The position numbers and the translations under genes were made by a program. A DNA stretch of 64,000 nucleotides, from NCBI RefSeq assembly GCF_009914755.1, contig NC_060926.1; one strand, 5' to 3'. This document shows positions 27,520-41,157 of this stretch, piece after piece. Source of the DNA: the human T2T-CHM13v2.0 reference genome, Homo sapiens. Under the pieces are notes generated by a model that was given only the letters and a program-made list of their open reading frames with translations, searched no databases and had not been told where the DNA came from. Positions within the stretch are counted from its first letter, which is position 1; each line of letters starts with the position of its first letter.

Positions 27520-29446
27520 GTAACATTGGGTCATAATGAACATGATAAGCAAAGCTGAAAGAGTTAGTTAAATTATTCCAGGGATCACGTCTATCCTATC
27601 AAACTTACTTTTTTCCTTTTGGGAATCACTTTTAAAAATACAAGGGCTTTACATGTGCGTTACTCATTATAGCAGCCATTACAAGCATATTCTGAATCTG
27701 ACATCTAAGCAACATTTTGACATCTACGACCTGCAGAGTTGAGAGGCACCAAAGAGACCATTTCACTTCACAGGTGGTAAAACTGTGGCCCAGGTAATGT
27801 GCGTAAACTGTTGAGGATTTCATGGTTTGAACTGGAACTTCTGTCTATTAGATTGAGTGGTATCAAATTTTATTTGGAAGATGAATATTGATATCTTACT
27901 CTGCTCTGGGCTTATTTAAATTCATATTAAGAAAAAATTAAAATAAGCCATATGTCATGGCACACCAACAGAGAAATATCAGTTTTCTATTAATAATGTT
28001 TACATTTTATAATGTATCAAGGTTTTCCAAGTGTTTTCTAAGCGAGCTCAATATTGGAAAGACAGATATCACTTTTAGAGAGAAGGAAACAGATGTCCAG
28101 AGTGACCAAGTGACTTGGCCGAGGCCTCACCATTTAGGAAACAGTGAGAGCCAAGTTCCACACCTGTGTGGTGACTTATTCTCTGGTCCACTGCACAGAT
28201 GCCTGGGACAAACCTCACCAGGTTCTTCCTTTCAAACCTGATGTTTTTTCCTGGATGATGAAGCATTTTGTCTACAGGTCTGTATATGTGGAAGAGAGAA
28301 AGGTGATTTTTTTTTCCTTAAGTCATTCTCAGAGCTTTTATCTCTCTAGCAGTTTCTGACCTTCACCTCCCTTCTTCTTCTCACTCATTTTCCTTTCTTA
28401 TCACATATTAGCTCTAGCGTTTTCAGTTTTTATCAATACATTTTGTAGATTTTTATAGACTAGTACAGAAGTTGCCAAACTATGGCCCACCGCTTGTTTT
28501 TTAAAATAAAGCTGAAGTAAATAACAACGTCATTGAGATACAATTTATGTGCCAAAAAATTCGCCCTTGTAAAGTATACAATTTAGAGGTTTTTAGTATA
28601 TTTAGAGATTTGTGCAATCATGACCACTGTAAGACAGTTCCATCACCTGGAAAGAAATCCTATATGCATTGAGTCACTCCCTATTATCCCAGGCCCCACC
28701 TAACCCTAAGCAACCACAAATCTGCTTTCTGACTCTATGAAACTGCCTATTCTGAACATTTCAAATAAATGGAATTATACAAGATATAGTCTCTTGTGAC
28801 CAGTTTCTGTTAGGTAGCATGATGCTTTCAGGGTTCATCCATGTTGTGGCACTCATTGGTACTCCATTTCTTTTTATACTGCTTAAAAGTCCACTGTGTG
28901 GACATACCACGTTTTGTTTACATATTCATCTGTTGATGGACTCTTGGGTTTTTTCCATCTTTTGACTATTATGAATAATGTTGCTATGAACATTCATGTA
29001 CAAATTTTTAGGAGGGCATGTGTTTTCATTTGTCCTGGATATATACCTAGCAGTGGAATTATTGGTTCATATGGTAACTCTGTCTGATATTTTGAGGAAT
29101 TGCCAAACTTATTTTTCAAAGTAACTCTACCATTTTAGAATCCACCCAGCAATGAAATGAGTGTTCCCATTTCTCTACATCTTTGCCAAAACGTGTTATT
29201 TTTCATTTTGCTTTACAATACTTTTGCGGACTGGTATTTTGTCCGTCTTCTTTATTTTCATCATTTTAGTGGGTGTAAAGTGTATATCATTGTATTTTTT
29301 ATTTGAATTTTTCTATTGGCTAAGGATGATGAGCGTTTTTTCATGTGCTTATTGGTCATTTATGTATCTTCTTTAAACAGATGTCTATTTAAATCCTTTG
29401 CCCTTTAAAAAATTGGGTTGTCTTTTTGTTGCATTCTATGAGATTG

Positions 29447-29473
29447 TATATATATATGTATATACACACACAC

Positions 29474-29521
<48 letters not shown>
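29447..29521. repeat. (TA)n(CA)n microsatellite
   Basis: Read directly from the sequence. Confidence 0.95.
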
Positions 29522-29860
29522 GGATATTCAGGAACCAAATCCCTTATTAATGTGATTTGCAAGTAATTTTTCCCATTCTATGGGTTATATGTTCACTTTA
29601 TGATGATGTTCTTTGAAACCCCAAAGTTTTGAATTTTTGTGAACTCCAATTTATCTATTTTTTTCCCTTTATCACTTGTGCTCCTGGTGTCATATATGGA
29701 TTGAAACCATTGCCTAACCCAAAGCCACAAAGAGTTACTCTTATATTTTCTTCTATAAGTTTAATAATCTTAGCGTTTATATTTAGGTATATGATCCATT
29801 TTGAGTTGATTTTTTATACCTGTGAAGTAGTGGTCCAACTTCATGTTTTACATATTGTTT

Positions 29861-30144
29861 GTTTGTTTGTTTGTTTGAGATGGAGTCTCCCTCTGTTTTC
29901 CAGGCTGGAGTGCAGTGGCATGATCTCGGCTCACTGCAACCTCTGCCTCCGGGGTTCAAACGATTCTCCCGAGTAGCTGGGACTACAGGTGCTTGCCACC
30001 ATGCCTGGCTAATTTTTTGTATATTTAGTAGAGACGGGGTTTCACCGTGTTAGCCAGGATGGTCTCGATCTCCAGATCTCGTGATCCATCCACCTCGGCC
30101 TTCCAAAGTGCTGGGATTACAGGTGTGAGCCACCATGCCTGGCC
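29861..30144 (-). mobile_element. Alu (AluSc/Y-like) with a small internal deletion
   Basis: TSD acatattgttt at 29850-29860 and 30145-30155. 'gattctcccgagtagc' lacks the consensus 'tgcctcagcctcc'. Confidence 0.95.
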
Positions 30145-30404
30145 ACATATTGTTTTAAAACAACAATTTTGTAAAACATCCAGTTGTCCCAATGCCATTT
30201 GTTGAAAATACAGTTTTTGCCTCCGTTGAATTATCTTGTCATGCTTGTTGAAAATCAATTGATATAAGTATTATTCCCTTCCATTTTAATAGCTGGCCTT
30301 AACATTCCCATTCATGATCTTATATTTATCCCATTGAAGGCAATACCGCTGGCTCACCCTTGTATAAACAGATCAAAGAGAGCCTGTCTAAAAGTTTCAG
30401 TGTA

Positions 30405-31000
30405 TTTATTTTTAAACTTGGAGAAGGGAAAGTCTTTCTAGGCAGCATAGAAAACCCAGAAGCTATAAAAGAAAAGATATACACATATGACTATATACAA
30501 ATTTTGCATTTCTGTTTGGCACAGAAGAGTTCAAACAAAGGAAGACAAACAAATCTGGGGAATGGATCTGCAACAAATACGACAAATGAAAGGCTAATTT
30601 TCTTCATCTTTAAAAAGCCCACCAATAAGACATTTATAAATTAATAGAAAACCCAATAAAGAAATATGAACAAGTACATTTAAAAGGTGTTCAATATATC
30701 TCTTAGTTAACGCGATGCAAATAAAAATTATGAATCACCGTGTTTTTTCCTTAGGAAGGTAAACATTAAAACACTGGCTCATGGGAAGTGCTGCTAGTGA
30801 CTGGCTGATGGGGTGGAGAACATCTATTCTCACAAATTATGGGGGTGCAAGTTGTTGCTACTATTATGGATTGTAATTTGCCAATGTTTGTTAAAATACA
30901 AATTGCTCATATTTTGATCTACAAATTTCATTGCTATGAATACTTGCTAGAATGAAGAAAAAAAAAACAAAAGGAAAACAAGCTTGGAAGCAGTCTAAAT
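30405..31000 (+). mobile_element. Old L1M fragment
   Basis: 'aaaacccagaagctataaaagaaaagat','agacaaacaaatctgggga','gatgcaaataaaaat'; heavily diverged. Confidence 0.6.
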
Positions 31001-31280
31001 GTTTAATCAGGAATATTAAACAGTCATCAGGTAGCTTCATGTATCTTAATATGGAAAAATCTCTAAAAATATTTTCAGGGGAAGATTTAAAATACTGTAA
31101 ATTTGGACATCATATGGACCAAATTGTATAATCTCCCCCCCACAAATCAGAACTTCCACAACATCATGTGTTTCAGAAACACAGACCATGAAGTGAAATC
31201 TCATCATACACACATTTTAAAAATGTAAATATAAAATAAAATGTGTAAAAACACAATGTAAAGGTAAACATGCCAAGTGA

Positions 31281-31318
31281 AAATTATAAATGCATTCGTA
31301 AATTATAAATGCATTCGT
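31281..31318. repeat. Perfect 19-bp tandem duplication
   Basis: aaattataaatgcattcgt x2. Confidence 0.95.
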
Positions 31319-31531
31319 ATGTGTCAGCATAACATTAAGTCTAAGCATAGTGTGTATTGTTGCTGTTCTTAAAAGGATGCATTAAGTATCTGATGATAGT
31401 GATTATCGTTTGGGGGAGGGACCAAGAATGGAAAGATGTATGTACTTTTCATTTTATAACATTGCACACCACTGAGCAGCCTCATCCAGTGCAGGGTATT
31501 ATTTTTAACCTTAAAAAATAGGGTCAACTGG

Positions 31532-31917
<386 letters not shown>

Positions 31918-32089
31918 TTAAAAACAAGTTATAGTTGTTTTTTTAAATTAACATTCTTAAAATACCTACCAGTTGTAGTTTACTAACTGCAGTCAAATTT
32001 CTAAAGCTTGTTAGGTGATGGGGCTGCTAGAAGCCATGTGCTTATGAGACAATGCATTCAATGTTGACATTCATCATCTGCTTCTTTTT

Positions 32090-32870
32090 AAATAATTTTG
32101 GTAAACTATTCCTAACATAAAATTTACAACTTAACCATTTTTAAGTGTGCCGCTCAGCGGCATTAGGTACATTTACATTGTTGTGCAACCATCATCATCC
32201 ATCTCCACAAGTCTTTTCATCATCCCAGACTGATACCCTGTCCCCATTTAATAATAGTTCCTCATTCTTCACTCCGACTCCTGGCAACCACCATTCTGCT
32301 CTTCGTGTCTATGAATTTGGCGGCTCTAGGTACCTCACGTAAGTGCAATCATGCCATATTTGTCCTTCTGGGACTGGTTTACTCCACTTAAGATAATGTC
32401 CTCAAGGTTCATCTGTATTGTGGTGTGTCAGAATTTCTTTCCCTTTGGAGACTGAATAATATTCCACTGATGTATGTGGCACATTTTGTTTCTCTGTTGA
32501 TCCACCGATGAACACTTGGGTTGCTTCCACCTGTTGGCTATCGTGAATAATTCCGCCGTGCATATGAATGCATAAGTGTCTGTGTGAGACCCTGCTTTCA
32601 GTTCTTTTGGAAATATGCCCAGAAGTGGAATTTCTGGATCATGTGGAAATTCTGTATTTAATCTTTTGAGGAACCGCCATACTGCTTTCCACAATGGCTG
32701 CACCGTTTAACTCTCCTACCAGCAATGCACAAGAGTCCCAGCTTCTCCACATCCTTGCCAATGGTTATTTTATGTATGTGTCTGTGTGTGTGTGTGTGCG
32801 TTTTCTGATAGTGACCATTCACATGAGTGCAAGGTGATATCTCATTGTGGTTTTTATTTGCATTTTTATC
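32090..32870 (-). mobile_element. L1MB-like 3' end
   Basis: 'aacataaaatttacaacttaaccatttttaagtg','cctggcaaccaccattctg','aatgtcctcaaggttcatc','gcccagaagtggaatttctggatca','ttttgaggaaccgccatactg'. ORF 32428..32703 translates as an L1 ORF2 C-terminus relic (QPLWKAVWRFLK...PHDPEIPLLGIFP). Confidence 0.9.
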
Positions 32871-33143
32871 TGCTCATTCTTACAGCAAACATTCACTGCC
32901 AGCACACAGGTGCCAAGACCTGGGACACGCACTAGTGCCCAGAGGGGCCCTGCTGTCATCGCCCTCAGAGTGGGGTGGGGGTACTGATAACCAAATGCAA
33001 GCTGGCATTACCCCTCCTGGCAGGCAGTGAGGGGTAGCCTGCACGTGGCACTGTGGGGACCCTGGGGTGGTGTGATGCTGGCTTGCTTGGTCATCTCCAG
33101 GACTTCCTAGTAGGCTAGAGACAGTGAGTTCCAAACACTTAGG

Positions 33144-33193
33144 AAAAAATTATAGAATAACACTTAACAAAAAATTATAGAATAACACGTAAC
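33144..33193. repeat. 25-bp tandem duplication (1 mismatch)
   Basis: aaaaaattatagaataacac(t/g)taac x2. Confidence 0.92.
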
Positions 33194-34031
33194 AGTGAGA
33201 AATTTCTACTCGTTTACTTATTGTTCTCCCTGCAAGCTGGGAAAAGACAAGCATTCTTTGATTTTGCTGTTAGAACGTGGGGTTCTTTGGAACAAGTTCC
33301 AAGCACCACAGGCTTAAATGAAACATGTATTTCCACAGAGATGAAAGAAAAGGGAGGGTAAGATATCTCCTATGCAATTGCTTTGTATGCAGCCCAGGCT
33401 GTGAGGAGGAACAGTTTAGGCAACAGCAACACCACCCCCTGGCATTTGCAGAGGGCATTTAACTCTTCAAAGCACTGCCTCATAACCAAAGGAGGTGGCG
33501 TCCATGCGGAGAAAAGGTTATCACTTTTTTTTTTCTTGGCCTATAATTACTCATGTGCTTCATGCACCTGGTGGAAATTATATTTAACAGTACATGCAAA
33601 TGCTTATTTCCTGAATGAATTTACATTTTCTTAGCTACTTTCTACTGTTCCCTTAATGTGGGCTTTATTAACCAGTTTTTATGCATTTTTGTTGATGTTA
33701 GCTTCTTGGCTAGTAACATTCTCATTTGGAGCTATCTTGGAGGTAGGACATAAAATGTATATGTGTTTATAAGTATAACATTCTTGAAAAATCAGTTATT
33801 AAAAAACAAAACAAAAAAGATTTTATAGCCAGAGTAGTGGAAGTCTAAGCTTCCACTACTTTCTTTTTAATGTCATTGGTTGATAGGTATTATACAAGTA
33901 ATTGTTACCTTTAAAAAATTGATGAGGTTTAGTGTTTACTCCTGCTGAGTGAATTTTTTTCAGGATACCAAGCATTCTTTCTGTACTCTGAGTCATAGGT
34001 CAAAAAGTGGCTCTTAGATTCATGTATTTAC

Positions 34032-34200
34032 TCTTTCTGGAAGCTTCTGCCTCCATTGTGGCATTGTAAAAGTGTCCTGGCTTTTTTAGGGGGAAAGGGA
34101 ATGGGTGTGATGCTTTCTTTCTGGAAGCTTCTGCCTCCATTGTGGCATTGTAAAAGTGTCCTCGTTTTTTTAGGGGGAAAGGGAATGGGGTGTGATGCCT
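34032..34200. repeat. 84-bp tandem duplication of unique sequence
   Basis: 34032-34115 vs 34116-34200; 3 substitutions and one extra G. Confidence 0.95.
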
Positions 34201-34416
34201 TATAGGTGAAAAGATTTCTCTTATTCCGTCAAGACACAGGAGGTCTCAGAATGGTGCGAGTTTTGGCAGCCTGACTGGTTTCTTCAGGCCATGGGAGGAA
34301 GATAGAGCAGCAATGTTCAGGGACCTGATGTGCTCAGAGAGGCTCCCAGAGCACTGCGTCCACTGCAGGATCTTTTTGGTTTTTGATTCATTCAAGAAAT
34401 ATGAATTTATTATCTC

Positions 34417-34879
34417 TATTACGGGTTGACTTCTGTCCCAACAAAAGTATGCTGGAGTCCTAGCCCCAGGTGCCTGTGAATGTGACCTGATTTAGAAATT
34501 GGGTCTTTGCAAGTATAATGAAATTAAGATGATGTCATATGAAATCAGGATGAGCCCTAATTCCATATGACCGCTGCCCCTCTAAGAAGAAGAGGAAAGA
34601 CATAAACCCAGACTCAGAGAGGACATCACTTGAAGATGGAGGGAGAGGTGGGAGTGACGTGTCCATGAGCTAAGGAGCATCAGGGACTTGTGGTAAATCC
34701 CCAGAAGCCAGGAGAGAGGCAGGACATGGATTCTCCCTCAAAGCCCGCAGTAGTAACCAAGCCTAAGACACCTGGGTTTTAGGCTTCTAACTTCCAGGAC
34801 TGAGAGAGAATAAATGTCTGCTGTGTATTGCCATCAGGTCTATGGTGATTTGCTATGGTAGCCCCAGGAAACTCAGACA
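34417..34879 (+). mobile_element. MaLR LTR, MLT1C-like
   Basis: 'cctgtgaatgtgacctgatttagaaattgggtctttgca','ccagaagccaggagagaggca...gattctccctca','aataaatgtctgctgt...gcccaggaaact'-like end. Confidence 0.85.
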
Positions 34880-37329
34880 ATGTCCAATATCCCAGATGCC
34901 ACTTGGCACTGAGAAGCGTTAGGTAAAGGGGACAGTGTCTTTGCCTGAAGAGGTAACACCAATGGAGGAACACACCCATGGAATGGGGGCAGTGGGTCCC
35001 ATGTGGAGGATGGTAGGCTTTGGAGTCAGACCGAAGCAACTTCCAGTTGGGAGCTGATTTTCTTAAACTTTTTGGAGTTTGGGGTTTTTCCTTTTTACAG
35101 TGCAGGGCACCAGTGTCCTTCTCATGGGATTCCTGGTGGAAGGGTGAACACAGGTGTGGAGCTGAATGAGTTTGACCAGGGCCCAGCCTGCCGAAGGCCC
35201 CCAGCTAACACTTGCTATGGAAGGCCTGGACACACCGTCCTCACTCAGGTCATCCATTTAGAGTCAGTCTCTGCTCTTTCAAATTCACTTTGGTAGTTTT
35301 TGTCCTTGCATGGTGTTTATTTAAGGAACCATTCGGTTGGTTGAAACCTCACAGCATTTAGGTTTTGGCTCAATGCATTGGAACAATCTAGAAGGTATTT
35401 ATAGCTAAAAACGTTTGTGCACCCCAAACCACATTATTTTACATCTCCTAACACTTGAACGAGCTCTGGTTTGGTTTGGATCTTTAAACCTTCTTGTGGT
35501 GTGGAGGAGAGTGAATTTTCCAACATCCCTCTCTCATCTCTGTAAATATCTTGGTCCCACCCCATCCAGTCGTCCCAAGCTGCGGTCTTCATCAGGTGAC
35601 GCACAGGCAGCCCGATTATAATAACGTGGGCAGATGCTGTGTGAGGAGCCTTGATGGCCATTATTGGCAGATATTGGGCAAGACACTTTAATAGCTCACA
35701 ACCTGCCTTTGTCTGGACTCACTTCAAGTCCTTTAACAGACACCTTCTATGGACAAAAATTGGTTTTCATTTTTGGGTCTTGGCAAGACAGAAACACAGA
35801 AAAACACATTTCTTCTGTTTCTTCTATACACCTGTGTAGGAACAAGCCAGGATTTATGAAGTTTGTCCTTTTTGAAAAACTCATTTTATTCCTAGCCAAT
35901 ATCATGACCTTAATGTGCATTCCAGCAATATCTCCAAAGGCAGCAGAGGGAGTGGGCCACGGAGGCATCAGTGCTGCCTCGTCGGGGACTGAAATCAGGC
36001 CGGAGCAGACAGTGGAGAAAGAAATATTTGGAGAAATAAGAACTGTGTTTTTATTCTTTTGTTGCCAGAAAGCCAAAACCGAAGCTGGAATTTTGTGGTT
36101 CCAGCACTTTTTGTGCCTCCCAGTCATTTTTCACAGATGGTTCTGGTTTAAGGAGAAGGCACTTTATCCACCAGAGGGAACGAGGCCCAGCGAATGTGCC
36201 CAAGCTGCCCATTCTCATGCCTTGGTTTACTCTGCAGCTGGAGAAGATGAGAGCTCAGAGAAGATGGCTCAAAAGCCACCAATTAGGATGCAAAAAGGGA
36301 GCGATAAAATTACTCTGCAACAATGAAACTTGAACTTTCCTTTACATGATGTCACCTTGGGAGCACCAACTGCAGAGTCAGTCACGTGCTTCCTGGAGCC
36401 CACCTCCTACAAAGCTGAAGCTCACGTTTGGGTAGTTCTCAGTTTGCTTCTTTCTTTTCATTTGCTTCTGAGCAGCTTGGTGCCTTGCCATGCATCAAGA
36501 CTTTAAGATAAAAGGGGCATAGCAAAGGTGGAGGTGGCATCACCTCTTCTCTTCACTGCTGAGTGGGTGAAGCCTTTCCTGACCACGTGTCTCTTCAGCA
36601 GCCCCTTGTCACACCCAGTCTTTGGCCCCTTCTCACCCCTCATCACCTCTCCTTGAAATCTCCCACCTTCCTACCAAGTGAGGTGGCTGGGTGTGTCAGG
36701 AAAGCTGGGCTGCCCCTCGTACATCATTGCAGCTCCCCTTTCCCCACCAACCCAGCACTGTGGAAGGAAGCCCACGTCTTTCTCAGCATACTCCTCTGCG
36801 ACGCCTGGGCCATTTTCTTTGTCTTGTGTATACTGACTTGTTGGCTTTATTAGCAAGTTTCTCCTCCCTTTTCAGCATCCAGCACAGTTGTCCCCTCCTC
36901 TAGGAGGGCCTTTTCTTTCATTCCTCATAGGGTTGACACCATTTCTTTATGACAGCTCTTAACACTTTTAGGTTCTAGTTATTCACTAAAGTTTGGACTG
37001 TGGATTTCACTCCAGGGAAAGCATGCTACTTAGTGCTGCATTCTCAATGGCTAGTCATATGTGGTGCATAAAAAGGAGTCAATAGCTGGTTCTTACAGCC
37101 TTATAGATAAACTTACAGATTAGAGACTTTCCTCTGACATATCCAATTATCTATGTGGCTTTAACTTTCAGGCATGTGTCACCTGACCTAGTGCAGCATA
37201 TCTCATTGAGTTTAAAATTGAGAAAAAATGGCATAGGTTCCACTTATACAGTGATTTGCAATTCACATACTTTCATGAAAGCTTTGATTTGGGGCCTTAT
37301 CCATGGGAAACAGGAAGGGCATACACTCA

Positions 37330-37480
37330 ATCCAGGAAATGAATATTGTCATCCCCATTTTACAGATGAGAAAACTGAGACTCACAGCAGTTTGTTGATT
37401 TATTCCTAGTTACAAAGAGAGTAAATTCAGAGCTGGGTCTTGTACCCGGGCCATCTGAATCCCAGCTCAAAATTTTTTAA
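37330..37480 (-). mobile_element. MIR
   Basis: 'atccccattttacagatgagaaaactgagactcac'. Confidence 0.8.
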
Positions 37481-38807
37481 CAACATTGTATTGTTGTTGT
37501 TACAAAAGCATAACAATCATTTTGTGGGTTTTATAAAATAAAAGAAAACCACAACCCTCCATGATAACAACCATAACAAAGCCCTTGAACACTTCGGGGC
37601 AGATGCTATCTATATTTACGGGTGTAGCGTGTGCTGAAATGCCACTGGTGTGTGAGCAATACCCAAAGCCCGGGCACACAGGACCGGCTGTGTTGGGCAA
37701 ACATCGTCACAGCTCATCGAACTCAAAGATTTGCAAACATAAAACATTTTCCAAGACTTGTCTCCACGAATGAGTGAGCCAAGCCCCTGGGGTGTGGCTA
37801 TGTTACTCCATCAAAACAAACCCCAAAGCAGACCTTGGTGGGGTTTCAGGTCTTCTATTTGGGAATAAAGGTATGATTCATAATTATTTGGTCCAGGTGT
37901 GCAAGTGCAGGCCAGACCTTCCTTCAGAGCCAAGCTGGGCTGATGGACTCTAGCATTCCTCTTCTACAGGCCCTTATAGTGCCATTTCCAAGTTCGCTTT
38001 GGGCAGAGATGCAGGGGAGGCTATAAAAGCCAAATTCGCCATTCAGATGGTCTATGGTTTATTAAGTGGGTTTAGATGACGTCTCAATACTTATGGGTGA
38101 GATCTTTTGGATCCTTAGGTTACCCCAGGTACTTAGGTCAAAGGCGATCTTGGCCCTCTGTGGGTCCTTTAAAATAAGGCTCAGGGAGGGTCACTCTATG
38201 TCTAATTGAGCCAGTGAACCCAAAGCAACATGTTTGCGTTGGAGAAACTCATCAGCAGCACCTGTACCTGGTCCCTACTCATGTCTGGGCTGCCCAGTTC
38301 TCCTCTCCCCTTTCCCCAGCTCAGGCCCTATCAGTTTCCTCCTTCCTTCTTGAACCATGTCATGTGACTTCTCCTTGAACAAACCCCAATGGCTGGCCCA
38401 GCTCCCTGACTCTACCCTGCCTCTTAAAATATCAGCTGAGCTGAATGATCTAAGCACAGCCCCAGACTCAATTTATCCTGGTCATACCTGAGAGCCATAA
38501 CCTTGCCCCAAACCCTCTCCACGTAGGGAGACAGCAGAACATGGAGGGCAGAGTCCCATCCTGGGGACAGATAGCCTGGGATGAGAGCCCTGGTTCTGCT
38601 CAGGGTGATGTGTGTGGTTTTCGTCACACCATTACAAACCTTGGCTTTGTTTCTGCATCTGTAGATGTGAGGCTGTGCAAATAGCAGGGCACATCAGGGG
38701 TCTGTTTCTGTTCCTGGCTACCTGTCCCTGAGCCACACCCTTTCCCTTCCCTATGCCTCAGTTTACTCCTTCATGAAATGCAGCTTATAGTACCTAACCC
38801 AGGGGTT

Positions 38808-39163
38808 AAAATATATACCATTTTAAAATGTAACTATCAGTATTGACCAATCATTGTCCTGATTTTTTTATAGTGTACTTTTCTAATCATATGTTTTAAA
38901 GCCAAGAGAACTGGTTGAATGAATGTTTATTTTCCTGAAGGTATTTTTAAGATAAAGCTTCCTAATGGCCTATAAACGTTTCATATATGTGTAGTTTGAT
39001 ACATATTGTCACATTTGAAAATCATGTGAGTTGAAACTGGTTTTATACAAAATATAAAATAGTGGAAATTTTATAATTACAATCATGTAATTAAAAGTAT
39101 TAACTAAAATATGTATGTATGTGTCTATATATATACCATTTACGTATATATATATACCATTTA
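38808..39163 (+). pseudogene. Putative 5'-truncated retrocopy of an mRNA 3'UTR end, inserted in a MIR
   Basis: AT-rich non-repeat ~280 bp with ATTAAA at 39090-39095, then a decayed A/TA tail. Flanked by atatataccattt (38811-38823; 39129-39141 and 39150-39162), with a TT|AAAA site at 38806-38811. MIR sequence lies on both sides. Confidence 0.6.
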
Positions 39164-39228
39164 CAAGATCATAGATTTGGTAGGGATTGAATGAGATGAT
39201 GGATAGGAAGCACTTTTTGTAATATCTG

Positions 39229-39593
39229 TGTTTTAGTCTGTTTGGGCTGCTGTGACAAAGTACCATAGACTGGGCAGCTTATAAAGAACAGAAACTTATT
39301 TCTCAGAGTTCTGCAGGCTGGAAGTCCAAGATCAGGGTGCCAGCAGGGTCAGGTTCTGGTGAGTGTCCTCTTCCAGCCTGCAGACAGCTGTCTTCTCATG
39401 ATGTCCTCACATGGTGGAGAGAGGGCGGGACAGCCCTCTGGGGTCCCTTTAACAAGGGTACCAATCCTATTCATGAGGATCCCACTCTCATGACCTAATG
39501 GCCCCCAGGTATCCTGCCTCTTAATACCACCATCTTGGGGTTAGGATTTCAGCATATTAATTTGGGGAGGACATAAACACTCAGTCCATTGCA
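39229..39593 (-). mobile_element. MaLR solo LTR, MLT1A-like
   Basis: TG...CA ends; direct repeat tatctg at 39223-39228 and 39594-39599; 'aggctggaagtccaagatcagggtgccagc'. Confidence 0.9.
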
Positions 39594-41157
39594 TATCTGT
39601 TTCATAGTAAGGACTCAGTAAATGCCAGTTATTTTTATTCTCATTATTAGGGAGGGCTAGGGCCTGCCTGGGAGAACCAGAGGTGGGTGGTCAGCTTCGT
39701 CATGACAGAAGCAGGAGCCACCAGGGCCTGTAAAAGGAGAAGGGTCCAGGTCAGGTGGGTGGAAGGCTGCAGGGGTGAGTCAGGAGAGGGTGTCACCTGC
39801 AGTGGTCGGATCAGAGGCAGCAGGGCTCTCATCCCCGGCTGCTTGTTGAGGATGGAGGGGCAGGAAGTCCTAGGTGGAAGGATGGAATTCTGGGAGCAGT
39901 GTAGTTGGGTGGGGGGCTGAGGGCAGGAATCGAAGCCAAGGATGGGTCTGGATCTGAGAAACCACAGGCAGGGAGATCAGGGCCTAGCAAACTTTGAGGA
40001 CACCTTTGGTGTGCCAGGTACTGTAGGGTGTGAGGCACAGAGGAGAGGAAGAGGAGGGCTCCACTCACCTGGGAGGACTCCAAAGCCAAGTGCAAGTGGC
40101 CTAAGGGGTCAGCCCGAGTCTGAATATTAGGAAACAGAGATCCCTGATGTGTTTTTGACTAAAAAAATCATTTTATGGTTTTTCTCATTAAAAACAGTAA
40201 GCACAAAGTATTTCACAGGCACACGTAGGAGGGGCTATATATAAATGTATGCTATGATGACAAAAGAGTTTGGATTCAAAGGACCAGAATTCAATGATGT
40301 TACTCTTTGTGTGCAGACTTGGGGCTCTGTTTCCTTATCTAGTAAAAGGGGATAATGATAAGGTCATTGATTTGTCTGGTCATTTTGACCATTACATGAG
40401 ACAGAGAAGGTGAAAGTGTTTTGCACACTATGCCACCCAAATGCTAACTGTCATACTTGAAGATCTATTTTTCCTTCTGAGAGATAAATCATACATGTTT
40501 TTAATCTCTGCCCTCTGTTTTCCCTTTTACAGTTCTCAGGTAGATGCTACTGTCTGCTTCTCTCTCCATTCAGTGATTATAAAATAACTTGGGAAGCTAA
40601 ACAGCCTGTAATTTTCCTAACTCAGAACCTTGGTAGCCTTTGCTCTGTGAGCTGGGAATTTTAGAAAGGCTTCCAGAAAATGCTCTGATTTTCTGCGGTT
40701 GTCACTTTGATGGGAGCCCTTTCCCAGCTCGGCTTGTCCCTTCCTTTCAGAGACCTAGGGAAAGAGAACTCACACTGGTGGAGTAGGGATGGGTGCTGGG
40801 CACCTGCGCACGGGGTGTCTGGCACATGTGACTAAATGAACCGGAAGCTGAGTGGGGGATGTGCATGGCACAGGACTCGAGAACAGGTCTGCCCTGAGGG
40901 AAACTGAGTCAAACTGAGGACCAGCCCTTTGTTTCAGGAACTGTTCTCCCTTTCCCATATGAAGATCTCGTTCTCACTCTGCAGTAAAATGCATCTCTCT
41001 CCCACTGTCTACCCACACCTCAGTTTCTGATCAGCTCTGGCCCGACATTGGCGTGTGAGCCAATCATGTGTTTACAGCACGTTGAGGTGGATCACGCTCT
41101 GTGGTGCTTGGTGTTTTTACATTTTTGGCGACCTTTGAAAAAAAGAATAGACAAATG

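Larger units (their letters stand above)
28520..30275 (-). mobile_element. Old L1 (L1MB/MC-like) 3' portion, containing a (CA)n tract and an Alu
   Basis: 'attgagatacaattta','aggttcatccatgttgtg'-like, 'tgttgctatgaacattcatgtaca','ttttgaggaattgccaaact','tttcatgtgcttattggtcattt','atgatccattttgagttgattttt'. Confidence 0.85.

Noticed and set aside
32428-32703. L1 ORF2-like coding region
   Set aside because: A decayed fragment of an old truncated L1, not an active element.
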